A DNA stretch of 64,000 nucleotides from an uncultured Gammaproteobacteria bacterium (GTDB lineage: Bacteria; Pseudomonadota; Gammaproteobacteria; Steroidobacterales; Foliamicaceae). The notes below the pieces were generated by a model. The model saw only the letters and a list, made by a program, of their open reading frames with translations. It searched no databases and was not told the origin of the DNA. Positions within the stretch are counted from its first letter, which is position 1; each line of letters begins with the position of its first letter. Shown here in pieces: positions 51,134-60,834 of this stretch. The DNA lies in contig OX639965.1 in NCBI GenBank assembly GCA_951828235.1, positions 515,191 through 579,190 on the forward strand, read 5' to 3'. The position numbers and the translations under genes were made by a program.

Positions 51134-52231
51134 ATGAACAGAAGAGATGTTTTGCATGCGTCGGCGATGGCGGTTTCCGCCGGCATACTCGGGAGCACGT
51201 CCAGCGAGAAGGCCGCCGCCGAAGAGGCCGGCGCGGGCAACGCCGCGCAGGACGCACCCCGTGTCCAGTCCGGCCAGGCGCTTGCGTCTCCGGAAGAATC
51301 CAACCCCCTTCAAGCGAAGATCGTCGTGTTCACGACGGTCTCGCCGGACGTGGATGCCAGCATCCGCTTCTACACTGAGGTGATCGGCATGACCCTCGCC
51401 GACGAGGGCACGCTGACGGCGGCTGCCGGCAATGCGCCCGGCGTCGGAAATGCCGGAAGGCGCTACGCGATATTGCATATGCCGGAGCCCTCCGACAGCG
51501 CGCAGGTACGGGTGCTCGAATCGCCGAGGGGGGCGGCGGCCAATCGCCCGCGGCCCGACTCCGGTCCCGGAGACCCCGGGCTGCTGGTCATGGAAGGCGT
51601 TACGCGGGACCCGGCCGAGTCCTACCATCGACTCGCGTCGGCGAACACCCCGGTCATTACGCCGCCGCGCTATTACTTTTTCCGCAACACGACCTGGCGC
51701 CGTGACATCGACGTGATGAGCTATGCCGCTTTCGGGCCGGGCGGAGAGCAGATGTTCATTACCGCCCACGTGCGCAGCGACCGGCCGGAATGGACGCTGC
51801 CGGGGCTGCATTCCGGGTTTCACAACGCCGCCATCACCAGTCTCGACCAGCGCCCGGTGGACGCGTTCTACGAGCAGGCCTTGGGACTCAGGCGCAGCTC
51901 GCAGCTGGAATGTTTCCAGCGCAACACCAACGAGCTGATCGGCGCGCCGGACGACAGCTATTTCCTGTGGGGGAACGTGGGCATCGGGGTCAGCATCGAG
52001 GTGTGGGAGTTCAAGGCGGCCAGCGGCACCCTGTATCCCACATCGCTGGACCGGACCGGGCTGGCGATGATGACTATGCGCGTCAACGATCTCGGCAAGG
52101 TCCGCGAAATGTGCGAGGCCAGCGGTATTACGCCCGTGGGCGATGGCGCCCTGCCCCTGCTCGGCAATGCCCAACCCGAGGGATTCACGCTGCGCGGCGC
52201 CGTCGGCGAACTGATCGAAGTGATCGCCTGA
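51134..52231 (+). CDS. Tat-signal VOC family protein (multi-domain)
   Basis: MNRRDVL leader; DVDASIRFYTEVIG, FYEQALG, GPGGE, GAVGELIEV. Confidence 0.8.
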   Translation: MNRRDVLHASAMAVSAGILGSTSSEKAAAEEAGAGNAAQDAPRVQSGQALASPEESNPLQAKIVVFTTVSPDVDASIRFYTEVIGMTLADEGTLTAAAGNAPGVGNAGRRYAILHMPEPSDSAQVRVLESPRGAAANRPRPDSGPGDPGLLVMEGVTRDPAESYHRLASANTPVITPPRYYFFRNTTWRRDIDVMSYAAFGPGGEQMFITAHVRSDRPEWTLPGLHSGFHNAAITSLDQRPVDAFYEQALGLRRSSQLECFQRNTNELIGAPDDSYFLWGNVGIGVSIEVWEFKAASGTLYPTSLDRTGLAMMTMRVNDLGKVREMCEASGITPVGDGALPLLGNAQPEGFTLRGAVGELIEVIA

Positions 52232-52244
52232 ACATGCATCCCAT

Positions 52245-52302
52245 CCCCGGGGAGGGAAGGCGTCCCGCCTTCCACGAGGGCGGGACGCCTTCCCTTCCGG
52301 GG
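52245..52302. repeat. REP-like palindromic element, copy 4 (intergenic)
   Basis: 16-bp perfect stem gggaaggcgtcccgcc / ggcgggacgccttccc. Confidence 0.88.
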
Positions 52303-52322
52303 GCACGTCCCGGGATCCGGCG

Positions 52323-53624
52323 GTGACTGAATCAACGTTTGCCGCGTCGCAACGCTATCGGCGCTACGTCCTGGGGCTGCTGCTGGCGGTGATGACGCTG
52401 AACTACGCCGATCGCTACGTGATCGGCATCCTGCTGCCGCAGATCAAGTCCGACCTGGCGTTGACCGACACCCAGATCGGCTTCATCACCGGCGCCGCTT
52501 TCACGGTTTTCTACGCGCTGCTGGGGGTCCCGATCGCAAGCCTTGCGGACCGCCGCTCTCGCCGGAAGATCATTGCCGGGGCGCTGGCGCTTTGGAGCCT
52601 GATGACCTGCCTGTGCGGGCTGGCCCGGTCGTTTGTGCAACTGGCCGTGTTCCGTGTGCTTGTGGGCGTTGGCGAAGCAGGCTGCACGCCGCCGTCCCAT
52701 TCGCTCATATCCGACTATTTCGCTCCCCGCGAGCGTGCCATGGCCATGGCCGTGCTCGGCCTGGGCTCGTCTCTGGGGGTGTTCCTGGCTTTCCTGATCG
52801 GCGGCTGGATCACCGACGCCTATGGCTGGCGGGTCACGCTGGTGTCCTTCGGCGCCCCGGGGGTATTCATTGCGCTGGTCGTGTATTTCACACTGCGCGA
52901 CCCGCCGCGCGGCCACAGCGACGGCCTGGAAGTGGCGGAAGAGGCCCCGCGGATGTACCCGGCTTTCCGCGGCCTGTGGGCAAAGGGAACGTTCCGCTAC
53001 ATGGTCCTGGGCGGCAGCCTCTACGGCATGGTCAGCACCGCCCTGCTTGCCTGGTTGCCTTCGTTCTATACCCGCACCCACGGACTCGAAGTCGCCGCCG
53101 TCGGCACCTGGCTGGCGTTTACGAAGGCGCTGCCTCACGCCGCCGGCACCCTGCTGGGCGGCCTGCTGGCCAGCCGGCTTGCAAAGTTCGGAACAAAGCC
53201 GCCGATCTATCTTTGCGCCGGCGTACAGCTTGTGGCCGCGCCGTTCTACGCACTGGTTCTGCTGGTTCCCGATCCCACGGCTGCGCTGCTTTGGCTCATC
53301 GTGCCGGCCTGCGTGGGCGTGATGCAGGGGCCGGTGCTGTTCGCCACCATACAGGGCGTCGCCGACGTTCGCACCCGGGCCGTCGCCTCGGCGCTCATGA
53401 TCCTGATCATCAACCTGATCGCGGGCGTGATCGGACCGCAGGCGGTAGGCGTAGCCAGCGATTATCTGGCGGGATCACTGGGCGTGGATTCCCTGGGCGT
53501 AGCGCTGCTGATCGTGTGCGTGGCATGCAGCCTCGGCTCGGCCGGCCTGTTCTACCTGGCTTCCCGCAGCATCGAGCAGGACCTGCAGTATTCGCGGCCA
53601 ACGGGCATCAGAAAAGTGCTTTGA
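52323..53624 (+). CDS. MFS transporter (spinster-like)
   Basis: LNYADRY, LADRRSRRK, GVGEAGCTPPSHSLISDYF. Confidence 0.9.
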   Translation: MTESTFAASQRYRRYVLGLLLAVMTLNYADRYVIGILLPQIKSDLALTDTQIGFITGAAFTVFYALLGVPIASLADRRSRRKIIAGALALWSLMTCLCGLARSFVQLAVFRVLVGVGEAGCTPPSHSLISDYFAPRERAMAMAVLGLGSSLGVFLAFLIGGWITDAYGWRVTLVSFGAPGVFIALVVYFTLRDPPRGHSDGLEVAEEAPRMYPAFRGLWAKGTFRYMVLGGSLYGMVSTALLAWLPSFYTRTHGLEVAAVGTWLAFTKALPHAAGTLLGGLLASRLAKFGTKPPIYLCAGVQLVAAPFYALVLLVPDPTAALLWLIVPACVGVMQGPVLFATIQGVADVRTRAVASALMILIINLIAGVIGPQAVGVASDYLAGSLGVDSLGVALLIVCVACSLGSAGLFYLASRSIEQDLQYSRPTGIRKVL

Positions 53625-53648
53625 TGCTTCCCATAATGATGCTATTAT
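53605..53648 (+). promoter_or_regulatory. Putative vapBC promoter/operator
   Basis: TTGATG-N16-TATTAT overlapped by GCATCA (53605) and TGATGC (53622, 53637). Confidence 0.45.
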
Positions 53649-53676
53649 GCCGACCACGCGTGTTCGGGAGCGCAGG

Positions 53677-53946
53677 ATGAGAACCACCCTGACTATCGAG
53701 GATGAAATCGCCAGAAGGCTGAAGGAAATTGCCTACCGCACCGGCAAGTCCTTCAAGTCGGTGGTGAACGATTCGCTGCGCGCCGGTATTTCGCGCGGAA
53801 AGGACGTGCCGGCCGCCAGGCCTTATCGCATAAGACCCGTGTCAATGGGACAGGTAGCCGGACCCTACAACCTCGACAAGGCCTTGCTTCTGGCGGATCG
53901 AATTGAAGACGAGGAAATCGCCCGCAAGCTGCAAATGCGGAAATGA
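53677..53946 (+). CDS. vapB: VapB-type ribbon-helix-helix antitoxin
   Basis: MRTTLTIEDEIA...SFKSVVNDSLRAG; overlaps the PIN gene start. Confidence 0.88.
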   Translation: MRTTLTIEDEIARRLKEIAYRTGKSFKSVVNDSLRAGISRGKDVPAARPYRIRPVSMGQVAGPYNLDKALLLADRIEDEEIARKLQMRK

Positions 53947-54383
53947 TCCTTGTCGACGCCAACCTGTTGATTTACGCCGTCAACAGGGACGCCCCCCACC
54001 ATGAAGCTGCGAGAAAGTGGCTTGAGCGGACGCTTTCCGGTGAAGAACGGGTCGGACTGCCATGGGTGTGTCTGCTGGGATTTCTGAGACTGACAACTCG
54101 CCCCGGCATCCTCGCCAATCCGCTCACAGTCGAGCACGCAACGGAATTTGTCGAGGATTGGCTGGAGCAGCCGTTCGCGGAACCTGTTGCGCCCGGGCCG
54201 GGACATTGGCCGATTCTGCGTCATCTTCTACTCGCCGCAGGCACCGGCGGCAACCTGACTTCAGACCTGCATCTGGTGGCCATGGCCATTGAGCAAGGCG
54301 CCGCCATCTACTCGGCTGACCACGATTTTCAGCGTTTCGCCGGAATCGATCATGTCAATCCGCTTGGAGAAGTGGGAACATAG
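53943..54383 (+). CDS. vapC: VapC PIN-domain toxin
   Basis: MILVDANLLIYA, GNLTSDLHL, SADHDFQRF. Confidence 0.92.
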   Translation: MILVDANLLIYAVNRDAPHHEAARKWLERTLSGEERVGLPWVCLLGFLRLTTRPGILANPLTVEHATEFVEDWLEQPFAEPVAPGPGHWPILRHLLLAAGTGGNLTSDLHLVAMAIEQGAAIYSADHDFQRFAGIDHVNPLGEVGT

Positions 54384-54434
54384 GAAGGGTCCGGCGCAGA
54401 CGCCGGACTCAGACTACCGACACGGGAACCAACC

Positions 54435-55862
54435 ATGAGCGAAAACTACGATGTCATCATCATCGGCGCGGGTTCGACCGGAATGCCGACCGGCATTCTT
54501 GCGGCCGAACGCGGCGCCAGGGTGCTGCAGATCGAGGCGGACAACCGCATCGGTGGAACGCTGTACTGGTCATCGGGGCAGATGAGCGCGGCCGGCACGC
54601 GGCTGCAGGAGGCCGCTGGGATCGACGACAGCCCCGAGGAGCACTATCGAGATGCCATGCGCATCTGCAACGGCACCATGGATCCGGCGCTCGGGCGCAA
54701 GGCGATCGACAACGCGAGCGAAACGCTTGACTGGCTGACGGACCTGGGTTTCGAGCCGCTGCCCGGCCATCCGGTCGCCGGCAGCGCCCATGAGCCCTAC
54801 CGCACGCGGCGCTATTGCTGGGGCGAAAAATTGGGCGTGAGCGTTCTCGAGGCGATGACGCCTCCGTTCGAGGAACTGGTTTCGGACGGCCGGATCGATC
54901 TCAGGCTTGAGACGAAATTCACGCGCCTTGTCCAGGACGATTCGGGCGCGGTGACCGGGGTAGAAGTCGAAACGCCGGCGGGAGAAACGGAAACCCATTA
55001 CGGACAAAACGTCGTTCTGGCCAGCGGGGGCTACGCGGCGAACCTCGAAATGTGGGCGGAAATCACGCCGCAGTTCACGCTGACCTCGTACTGCAATCCG
55101 TTCTCGCGCGGCGACGGCATCCGCGCGGCGCAGGAGCTGGGCGCCTCGGTGACCGGGGGCGAGGCGTTTCTGACCACCGTGGCCGGCTTCCGCGAAGTTG
55201 CCGAAGACCCGCTGTCCGGCGCCCATCTGCGTCTGAATCCGGCCATCCGCAAACCCTGGGAGTTCTACGTGGACGGCGAGGGCAAACGGTTCGTGCGCGA
55301 GGACCACCCCAGTATCGACCACATCGAAAGGGCGGTGCTGTCGCTGCCGGACTTCACCCTCTACGTGATATTCGACGAGCCCATGCGCCAGAACACGCCG
55401 GTGATCACGCTGGAGACCCGCGAGGAAATGGCGGCGCGGTTCGGCAAGCATGCGCATTTTCTGAAGGCCGACAGCCTCGCCGGACTCGCCGCGCAGATCG
55501 GTGCGGACCCGGAAACGCTGGAGCGGAGCACAGAACAATTCAACCAGGCGGTGGAGTCGCGGCACGACCCGGAGTTCGGCCGCGAGCACATGATCCGGCC
55601 GATCGGCACGCCGCCGTTCTACGCGGTCAAGGCAGTCGGCTTTACCGTGATCAGCCCCGCCGGCATCGACGTGGATGCCGACTTGAGGGTCCTGCGCGAA
55701 GACGGCTCGGCGATCCCGAACCTGTACGCCGCGGGCGAGGCGCTGGGCTTCGCCAAACTCAGCGGGAACGCCTTCGTCGGGGGCATGTCCCTGACGCCCG
55801 CGATCACCTTCGGACGCCTGCTGGGCCGGGACATTCTCAGTTGGGAGAACGGCGGGGGATAG
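54435..55862 (+). CDS. FAD-binding oxidoreductase (fumarate reductase / 3-ketosteroid dehydrogenase superfamily)
   Basis: IIIGAGSTG, SSGQMSAAGT, VVLASGGY, IPNLYAAGE, TFGRLLG. Confidence 0.88.
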   Translation: MSENYDVIIIGAGSTGMPTGILAAERGARVLQIEADNRIGGTLYWSSGQMSAAGTRLQEAAGIDDSPEEHYRDAMRICNGTMDPALGRKAIDNASETLDWLTDLGFEPLPGHPVAGSAHEPYRTRRYCWGEKLGVSVLEAMTPPFEELVSDGRIDLRLETKFTRLVQDDSGAVTGVEVETPAGETETHYGQNVVLASGGYAANLEMWAEITPQFTLTSYCNPFSRGDGIRAAQELGASVTGGEAFLTTVAGFREVAEDPLSGAHLRLNPAIRKPWEFYVDGEGKRFVREDHPSIDHIERAVLSLPDFTLYVIFDEPMRQNTPVITLETREEMAARFGKHAHFLKADSLAGLAAQIGADPETLERSTEQFNQAVESRHDPEFGREHMIRPIGTPPFYAVKAVGFTVISPAGIDVDADLRVLREDGSAIPNLYAAGEALGFAKLSGNAFVGGMSLTPAITFGRLLGRDILSWENGGG

Positions 55863-55879
55863 ACGCGAGCGTTCGACGC

Positions 55880-56740
55880 ATGTCCGGCATCATCGACATC
55901 GTCTGCAATCTCTATACGCCGCAGACGGTGGCCGAGGGCCGCACCGGCCTGGACGACACATTCAGCGACCAGGTGCGCATGCCCGAGGACATGCGCGGCG
56001 GGGTTTCCATCGCCGACTACCTCGGCCGCATGGACCGCGCCGGCATCGAGCGGTCGCTGCTGGTTGCCGTGCGGGCCGGGCAGATGGGCCTGCAGGACTC
56101 TTTCGAGGTGCCGTACGAATACGTCAGCGAGGTGTGCGAGAAGTATCCGGCGCGCTTCTCGGGGCTGGCGGGGATCGACCCCACGCGCGGCATGGCGGGG
56201 CTGAAGGACCTCCAATACGCCGTTAACGAACTGGGTTTCGTCGGCGCGCACTTCTACCCCCACTGGTTCGCGATGCCGCCCGACGCGGCCCGGATGTATC
56301 CCTATTACGCCAAGTGCTGCGAACTCGATATTCCGATCATGATGCAGGTCGGTCAGAACCTCGTCTACACGCGCTCGCGGCGCCTGCCTTCGGTGGGCCG
56401 GCCGATCGCCCTTGACCCGGTCGCCATCGATTTTCCCGATCTCAAGCTGATCGGCATTCACATCGGCGTGCCGTGGACCGAGGAAATGATCGCCATGTGC
56501 TGGAAGCACGACAACGTGTATACCGCCGGCGACGCTTACGCGCCCCGCTACTGGCCTGCGCCTTTCGTCCACTACCTGAATTCCTACGGGCGCGACAAGG
56601 TGATGTTCGGCACCGACTGGCCGGTCATCGACCCCGAGCGGGCGGTGGCCGAAGTCGACGAACTTGGGCTCAAGCCGGAATCCAGACAGCGGCTGCTGCG
56701 CGACAACGCGCTCGGCGTCTTCGGGCTCGCCACTCAATGA
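55880..56740 (+). CDS. Amidohydrolase family 2 protein (paralog 2)
   Basis: RFSGLAGIDP, HFYPHWF, YAKCCEL, VMFGTDWP; closely resembles 12518-13390. Confidence 0.88.
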   Translation: MSGIIDIVCNLYTPQTVAEGRTGLDDTFSDQVRMPEDMRGGVSIADYLGRMDRAGIERSLLVAVRAGQMGLQDSFEVPYEYVSEVCEKYPARFSGLAGIDPTRGMAGLKDLQYAVNELGFVGAHFYPHWFAMPPDAARMYPYYAKCCELDIPIMMQVGQNLVYTRSRRLPSVGRPIALDPVAIDFPDLKLIGIHIGVPWTEEMIAMCWKHDNVYTAGDAYAPRYWPAPFVHYLNSYGRDKVMFGTDWPVIDPERAVAEVDELGLKPESRQRLLRDNALGVFGLATQ

Positions 56741-58281
56741 CGGGATCGAACGGCGCACCGGGCCTGCCGGCCTCGTACCGGCCCCTGTCCGTGGCCGGCG
56801 GCATCCGCGCCGCAATGGGCCGCGATCCCGGAAAGATCGCCGTTCGCCATGGCCGGCAGGAGCGGACCTATCGCGACCTGGTGTCCCGCATCGACAGGGT
56901 CAGCGCCTGGATGGTTGAAGAGCTCGGACTTGAACCGGGAACCCACGGCGCGATTCTGGCCGGGAACTGCATCGAGTACCTGGAGATCGTGGCGGGCGCG
57001 GCCCAGGCCGGGATTCCGCTGGCGACCATAAACCCCGCCCTGGGCCCGCGGGAAGTGACCGGCATCTGCGACGACGCCGGTGCGCGGGTGCTGTTCGTCG
57101 ATGCCGAACGGGCCGAGCTGGCGCACGACACCGCCTTCGCCTCGGTCGAGCAGGTGTTTGTCATCGGCGACGATCTCGAGCGGCGGCTGGCCGGCGCCCG
57201 GGCGCCGGCCGAACTGGCGCCGGTGCAGGAATGGGAGGTCTTCACGATTCCCTACACGTCGGGCACCACCGGCAAGCCCAAAGGCGTGCTGGTTTCGCAC
57301 CGGTCACGGATCCTGCAGTTCTACGGCATGGCGTCCGAATACGGCTGCTATTCGCCCGACGACCGGTTTCTGGGAATCACGCCCCTGTGCCACGGCGGCG
57401 GACTGGCCTTCAGCATTGCGGCGGTTTTCCTGGGCGGGCAGCTGGACCTCCTGTCACGCTTCGACCCGGAGGAAGTTCTCCGCCGGCTGGACCGGGGCGC
57501 CACCGGCGTGTTCATGGTGCCCACCCACTTCCACGCTATCTTCGCGCTCGGAGAAAGCGTGCTGGCGAAGTATTCCGCGCCGGCGCTGAAGTCCATCATC
57601 TCCAACGCGGCCGCGCTGCCGCAGGCCACCAAGGAGCGCATCGTCGGCCACTTCGGCGACGGAATACTCCACGAAACCTACGGCTCCACCGAGGCCGGCA
57701 TCGTCTGCAACCTGCGCCCCGCCGATCAGCTTCGCAAGCAGCGCTGCGTGGGACAGCCGTTCACGACCACCGAAGTGAAGCTGCTGGACGAAGAGGGCGA
57801 GGTCGGCCCCGGACAAGTCGGCGAACTCTTCTCCTTAAGCCCGTTCCTGTTCAACGGCTACTGGCGCAAGCCGCGCGAAACCGCCGAGGCCTTTCGCGAC
57901 GGCTGGGTATCGGTGGGCGACCTGGCCCGGCGAGACGAAGAGGGTTACATCTATATCGTGGACCGCAAGAAGGACATGGTCATCAGCGGCGGCGTCAACA
58001 TATTCCCGCGCGAAGTCGAGGAAGAACTCCTGCGCCATCCCGACGTCCGCGATGCCGCCGTGGTGGGCGTGCCGGACAAGCGCTGGGGAGAACGGCTGAA
58101 GGCGTTCGTGGTACTGCGTCCCGGCGCGTCGCTTGACGCCGGGGGGCTATCCGCTTTCTGCGAGGGACGCCTGGCGCGCTTCAAGGTTCCCCGGCTGGTC
58201 GAGACCCTGCCCGAATTGCCCCGCAATGTCTACGGGAAAGTGCTGAAGGGCGAACTCAGGAGCCATCGGTCAGCGACGTAG
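56737..58281 (+). CDS. AMP-dependent acyl-CoA synthetase
   Basis: YTSGTTGKPKG, YGSTEAG, VGDLA, RKKDMVISGG, YGK. Confidence 0.93.
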   Translation: MTGSNGAPGLPASYRPLSVAGGIRAAMGRDPGKIAVRHGRQERTYRDLVSRIDRVSAWMVEELGLEPGTHGAILAGNCIEYLEIVAGAAQAGIPLATINPALGPREVTGICDDAGARVLFVDAERAELAHDTAFASVEQVFVIGDDLERRLAGARAPAELAPVQEWEVFTIPYTSGTTGKPKGVLVSHRSRILQFYGMASEYGCYSPDDRFLGITPLCHGGGLAFSIAAVFLGGQLDLLSRFDPEEVLRRLDRGATGVFMVPTHFHAIFALGESVLAKYSAPALKSIISNAAALPQATKERIVGHFGDGILHETYGSTEAGIVCNLRPADQLRKQRCVGQPFTTTEVKLLDEEGEVGPGQVGELFSLSPFLFNGYWRKPRETAEAFRDGWVSVGDLARRDEEGYIYIVDRKKDMVISGGVNIFPREVEEELLRHPDVRDAAVVGVPDKRWGERLKAFVVLRPGASLDAGGLSAFCEGRLARFKVPRLVETLPELPRNVYGKVLKGELRSHRSAT

Positions 58282-59614
58282 CGCCGCGCAGGTCGGCGAG
58301 CTGCTTCTCCGTTAGCCGGTAGGACACCAGCCAGAAGAGCGCCAGCGCCTGCAGGGTGGCGGGGATCCAGGCCTTGCCGAAGATGATGGCGGTAATCGCG
58401 CTGTCCGGCTGCTCGACGGCGCCCAGCGTGGTCTCCACAAGGCCCGCGGCGGAAAAGTAAAAGCCCATGAGCAGCGGCCCCAGCGCAAAGCCGGTTTTCT
58501 CGACAAAACCCAGGACTCCCGTGTAGAGCGCGGTGCGGACCTTCCCGGTGCGGATGCGGTCGTACTCGATGGTGTCCGGCAACATCGAGAATCCTATCGT
58601 CAGGCCCCCCGCGCTGAAAATGCCGATAAAGCAGGACCTTATGACAAACACCAGGTCGCTTTCGGCCGGCGTGGCCAGCGACCATGAGACGAGCATGAGG
58701 CCGGAGCCGATGATGGCGACCATGTAAACCCAGCGCTTGTCCTTGCCGCGGCTGAAAAAGGCCCAAAGCGGCACCGTGCAAAGGCCGGCGATGTTGCCCG
58801 CCAGGGTGGACAGGGCCACGCCCATTTCGCCCCGCTCGATGACATAGGTCATGAAGAACAGCAGGGCGCTGCCGTTGACGCCCACGCCCAGGTACAGCGT
58901 GCCCTTGAGCGCGGCGAGAGTGAGGAAGGGCCGGTTGTTCCCCAGCGCCCGGAAATACTCGCGGATCGAATAGCGGTCTGACTGAGAACTCGGCAACTCG
59001 CGGGCGCGGCTCGTGAACAGCACCGTCATCATCATGGTGGCGGCAATCAGGATGCCCACCAGTATCGCGACGATCCCGTAGGCCCTGCGGTCGGCGCCCA
59101 GGACGTCGATCAGCGCCGGCATGCCGGCGGCGATGAGGATCCCGGCGAAATTGGAATACCCCACCCGCCACGACATGATCGACGTGCGTTCGTTGTAGTC
59201 GTCGGTCATTTCGGCGGGCATCGCCATGAACGGCACGTAGAACAGCGTGTAGCCGCTGAAATAGGCAATCAGTACGACGAGCTGGTAGATCGCCAGCGCA
59301 TTCATTGACGCCAGCGCCGGGACATTGAACGTGAAGATCAGCGCCAGGCCGGACACGAAAGCGCCCAGGGCCATCCACGGGCGCCGCCGGCCCCAGCGGC
59401 TGCGCGTTGTGTCGCTCAGAAACCCGATCATGGGGTCGCTGAATACGTCGTATATCCGGGTGATGAAGAGGATGAGTCCGGCCATGCCCGGTTCCATTCC
59501 CAGGTGATTGACCAGGAAGAACAGGACGAAGACGTTGACGATGAACAGCATGCCCAGGCAACCCATCGAGCCCACCCCCCAGCCCGCCTTGAGCGACAGG
59601 GGCAGCCGGCCCAC
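58256..59614 (-). CDS. GPH (MelB-like) MFS transporter
   Basis: DPMIGFLSD, RWGRRRPW, YVPFMAMPAEMT, MLPDTIEYD. Confidence 0.9.
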   Translation of the reverse strand: MGRLPLSLKAGWGVGSMGCLGMLFIVNVFVLFFLVNHLGMEPGMAGLILFITRIYDVFSDPMIGFLSDTTRSRWGRRRPWMALGAFVSGLALIFTFNVPALASMNALAIYQLVVLIAYFSGYTLFYVPFMAMPAEMTDDYNERTSIMSWRVGYSNFAGILIAAGMPALIDVLGADRRAYGIVAILVGILIAATMMMTVLFTSRARELPSSQSDRYSIREYFRALGNNRPFLTLAALKGTLYLGVGVNGSALLFFMTYVIERGEMGVALSTLAGNIAGLCTVPLWAFFSRGKDKRWVYMVAIIGSGLMLVSWSLATPAESDLVFVIRSCFIGIFSAGGLTIGFSMLPDTIEYDRIRTGKVRTALYTGVLGFVEKTGFALGPLLMGFYFSAAGLVETTLGAVEQPDSAITAIIFGKAWIPATLQALALFWLVSYRLTEKQLADLRGATSLTDGS

Positions 59615-59652
59615 GTAGCCGGGCTCATGCTGTTGGGGAGGAGCGGCGATAT

Positions 59653-60831
59653 TCAGTCCTCGGCGGCCAGTTCCCGCAGGCGCGGAAACACCTCTTCGCC
59701 GAGAAGCTCCAGGTTGCGCCGGGTGCGGCCATAGTCTTCCACCGCGAAGTGGGACACGCCCAGGTGCCCCACCCCGAACCTCAGGCGCAGTTCGTTCAGT
59801 TGCCGCACGACGGTGTCCGGGCTGCCGATAATCATCTGGCGCGTCTCAAGCGCCTTCTCGTAGCCCTGGGTGAAGAAGGCATAGGGCGTTCCGCCCATGT
59901 ATCTGCGCCGGGCAATGGCCGCCTCGCGACTCACGTAGCCCGGGGGCGCCATCCAGGCGGCCACGTCGGGATGAATCTTCATGTCCACCATGCTGGTGAT
60001 CTGGGCCACGCGGCCTCCGAACTGTTCCCTGCCCTCTTCAAGCGCCTGCTCGTCGGTGGGCGCCACGTGCACGCGGGTGAAGTAACCGCGGTGGCCCGGC
60101 GTCGGAACATGTCCGGCCTGTTCGGCGATCTCGTTGTAGTCGGCGAACAGTTGGTCGGTGGCCTCCAGGCGGGTGGCCAGCGCCACGTACGGGTAGCCCC
60201 GCTCGGCGGCGAACTCCACGGTCTCGCGGCTGGTGGACCCCGGAATCATGATCTGCGGATGCGGCTTCTGCATGGGCAGCGCCCAGGGATTGACGCAACG
60301 GTAGTGATAGTGCTTCCCCTCCCACACGAAGGGGCCGGGTTCGGTCCAGGTCTTCAGGATCAGGTCGTGCGCTTCGGCGAAGATCTCCCGGTTGTGCAGA
60401 GTATTGACCGACATGGCCAGAGACTCCACCGCCCCGCCCCGGACGAATCCGGAAATAAGCCGGCCCTTCGAGAACAGGTCGATCAACGCCAATTCCTCGG
60501 CCAGGCGAACCGGGTTGCCGTTCACCGGCAGGATGTTTCCGGCGATAAAAATTTTCACCCGTGACGTGACCTTCGCCAGCACCGTCGCGAATATGTTGGG
60601 CGAGGGAGACATGGCCGCCGGCGCGCTGTGATGCTCGTTGACCACGATGGAGTCGAAGCCCACCTGTTCGGCCACCACGTACTCCTCGTGGTAGCGCTCG
60701 AACAGCTCGGCGGCGCGCTCGCCGTCGAAGTGGCGATTGGAGAACTTGAGCATCACGGCGCCGAATTCGGCCGCCGCTTCATGCGGATAACCCAGATAGG
60801 GGTGGTTCACGAAGTAGTGCAGCTGGAACAT
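59653..60831 (-). CDS. Luciferase-like (LLM) flavin-dependent oxidoreductase
   Basis: VNEHH, PVRLAEELALID, GRLISGFVRG, QKPHP. Confidence 0.92.
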   Translation of the reverse strand: MFQLHYFVNHPYLGYPHEAAAEFGAVMLKFSNRHFDGERAAELFERYHEEYVVAEQVGFDSIVVNEHHSAPAAMSPSPNIFATVLAKVTSRVKIFIAGNILPVNGNPVRLAEELALIDLFSKGRLISGFVRGGAVESLAMSVNTLHNREIFAEAHDLILKTWTEPGPFVWEGKHYHYRCVNPWALPMQKPHPQIMIPGSTSRETVEFAAERGYPYVALATRLEATDQLFADYNEIAEQAGHVPTPGHRGYFTRVHVAPTDEQALEEGREQFGGRVAQITSMVDMKIHPDVAAWMAPPGYVSREAAIARRRYMGGTPYAFFTQGYEKALETRQMIIGSPDTVVRQLNELRLRFGVGHLGVSHFAVEDYGRTRRNLELLGEEVFPRLRELAAED

Positions 60832-60834
60832 GTT

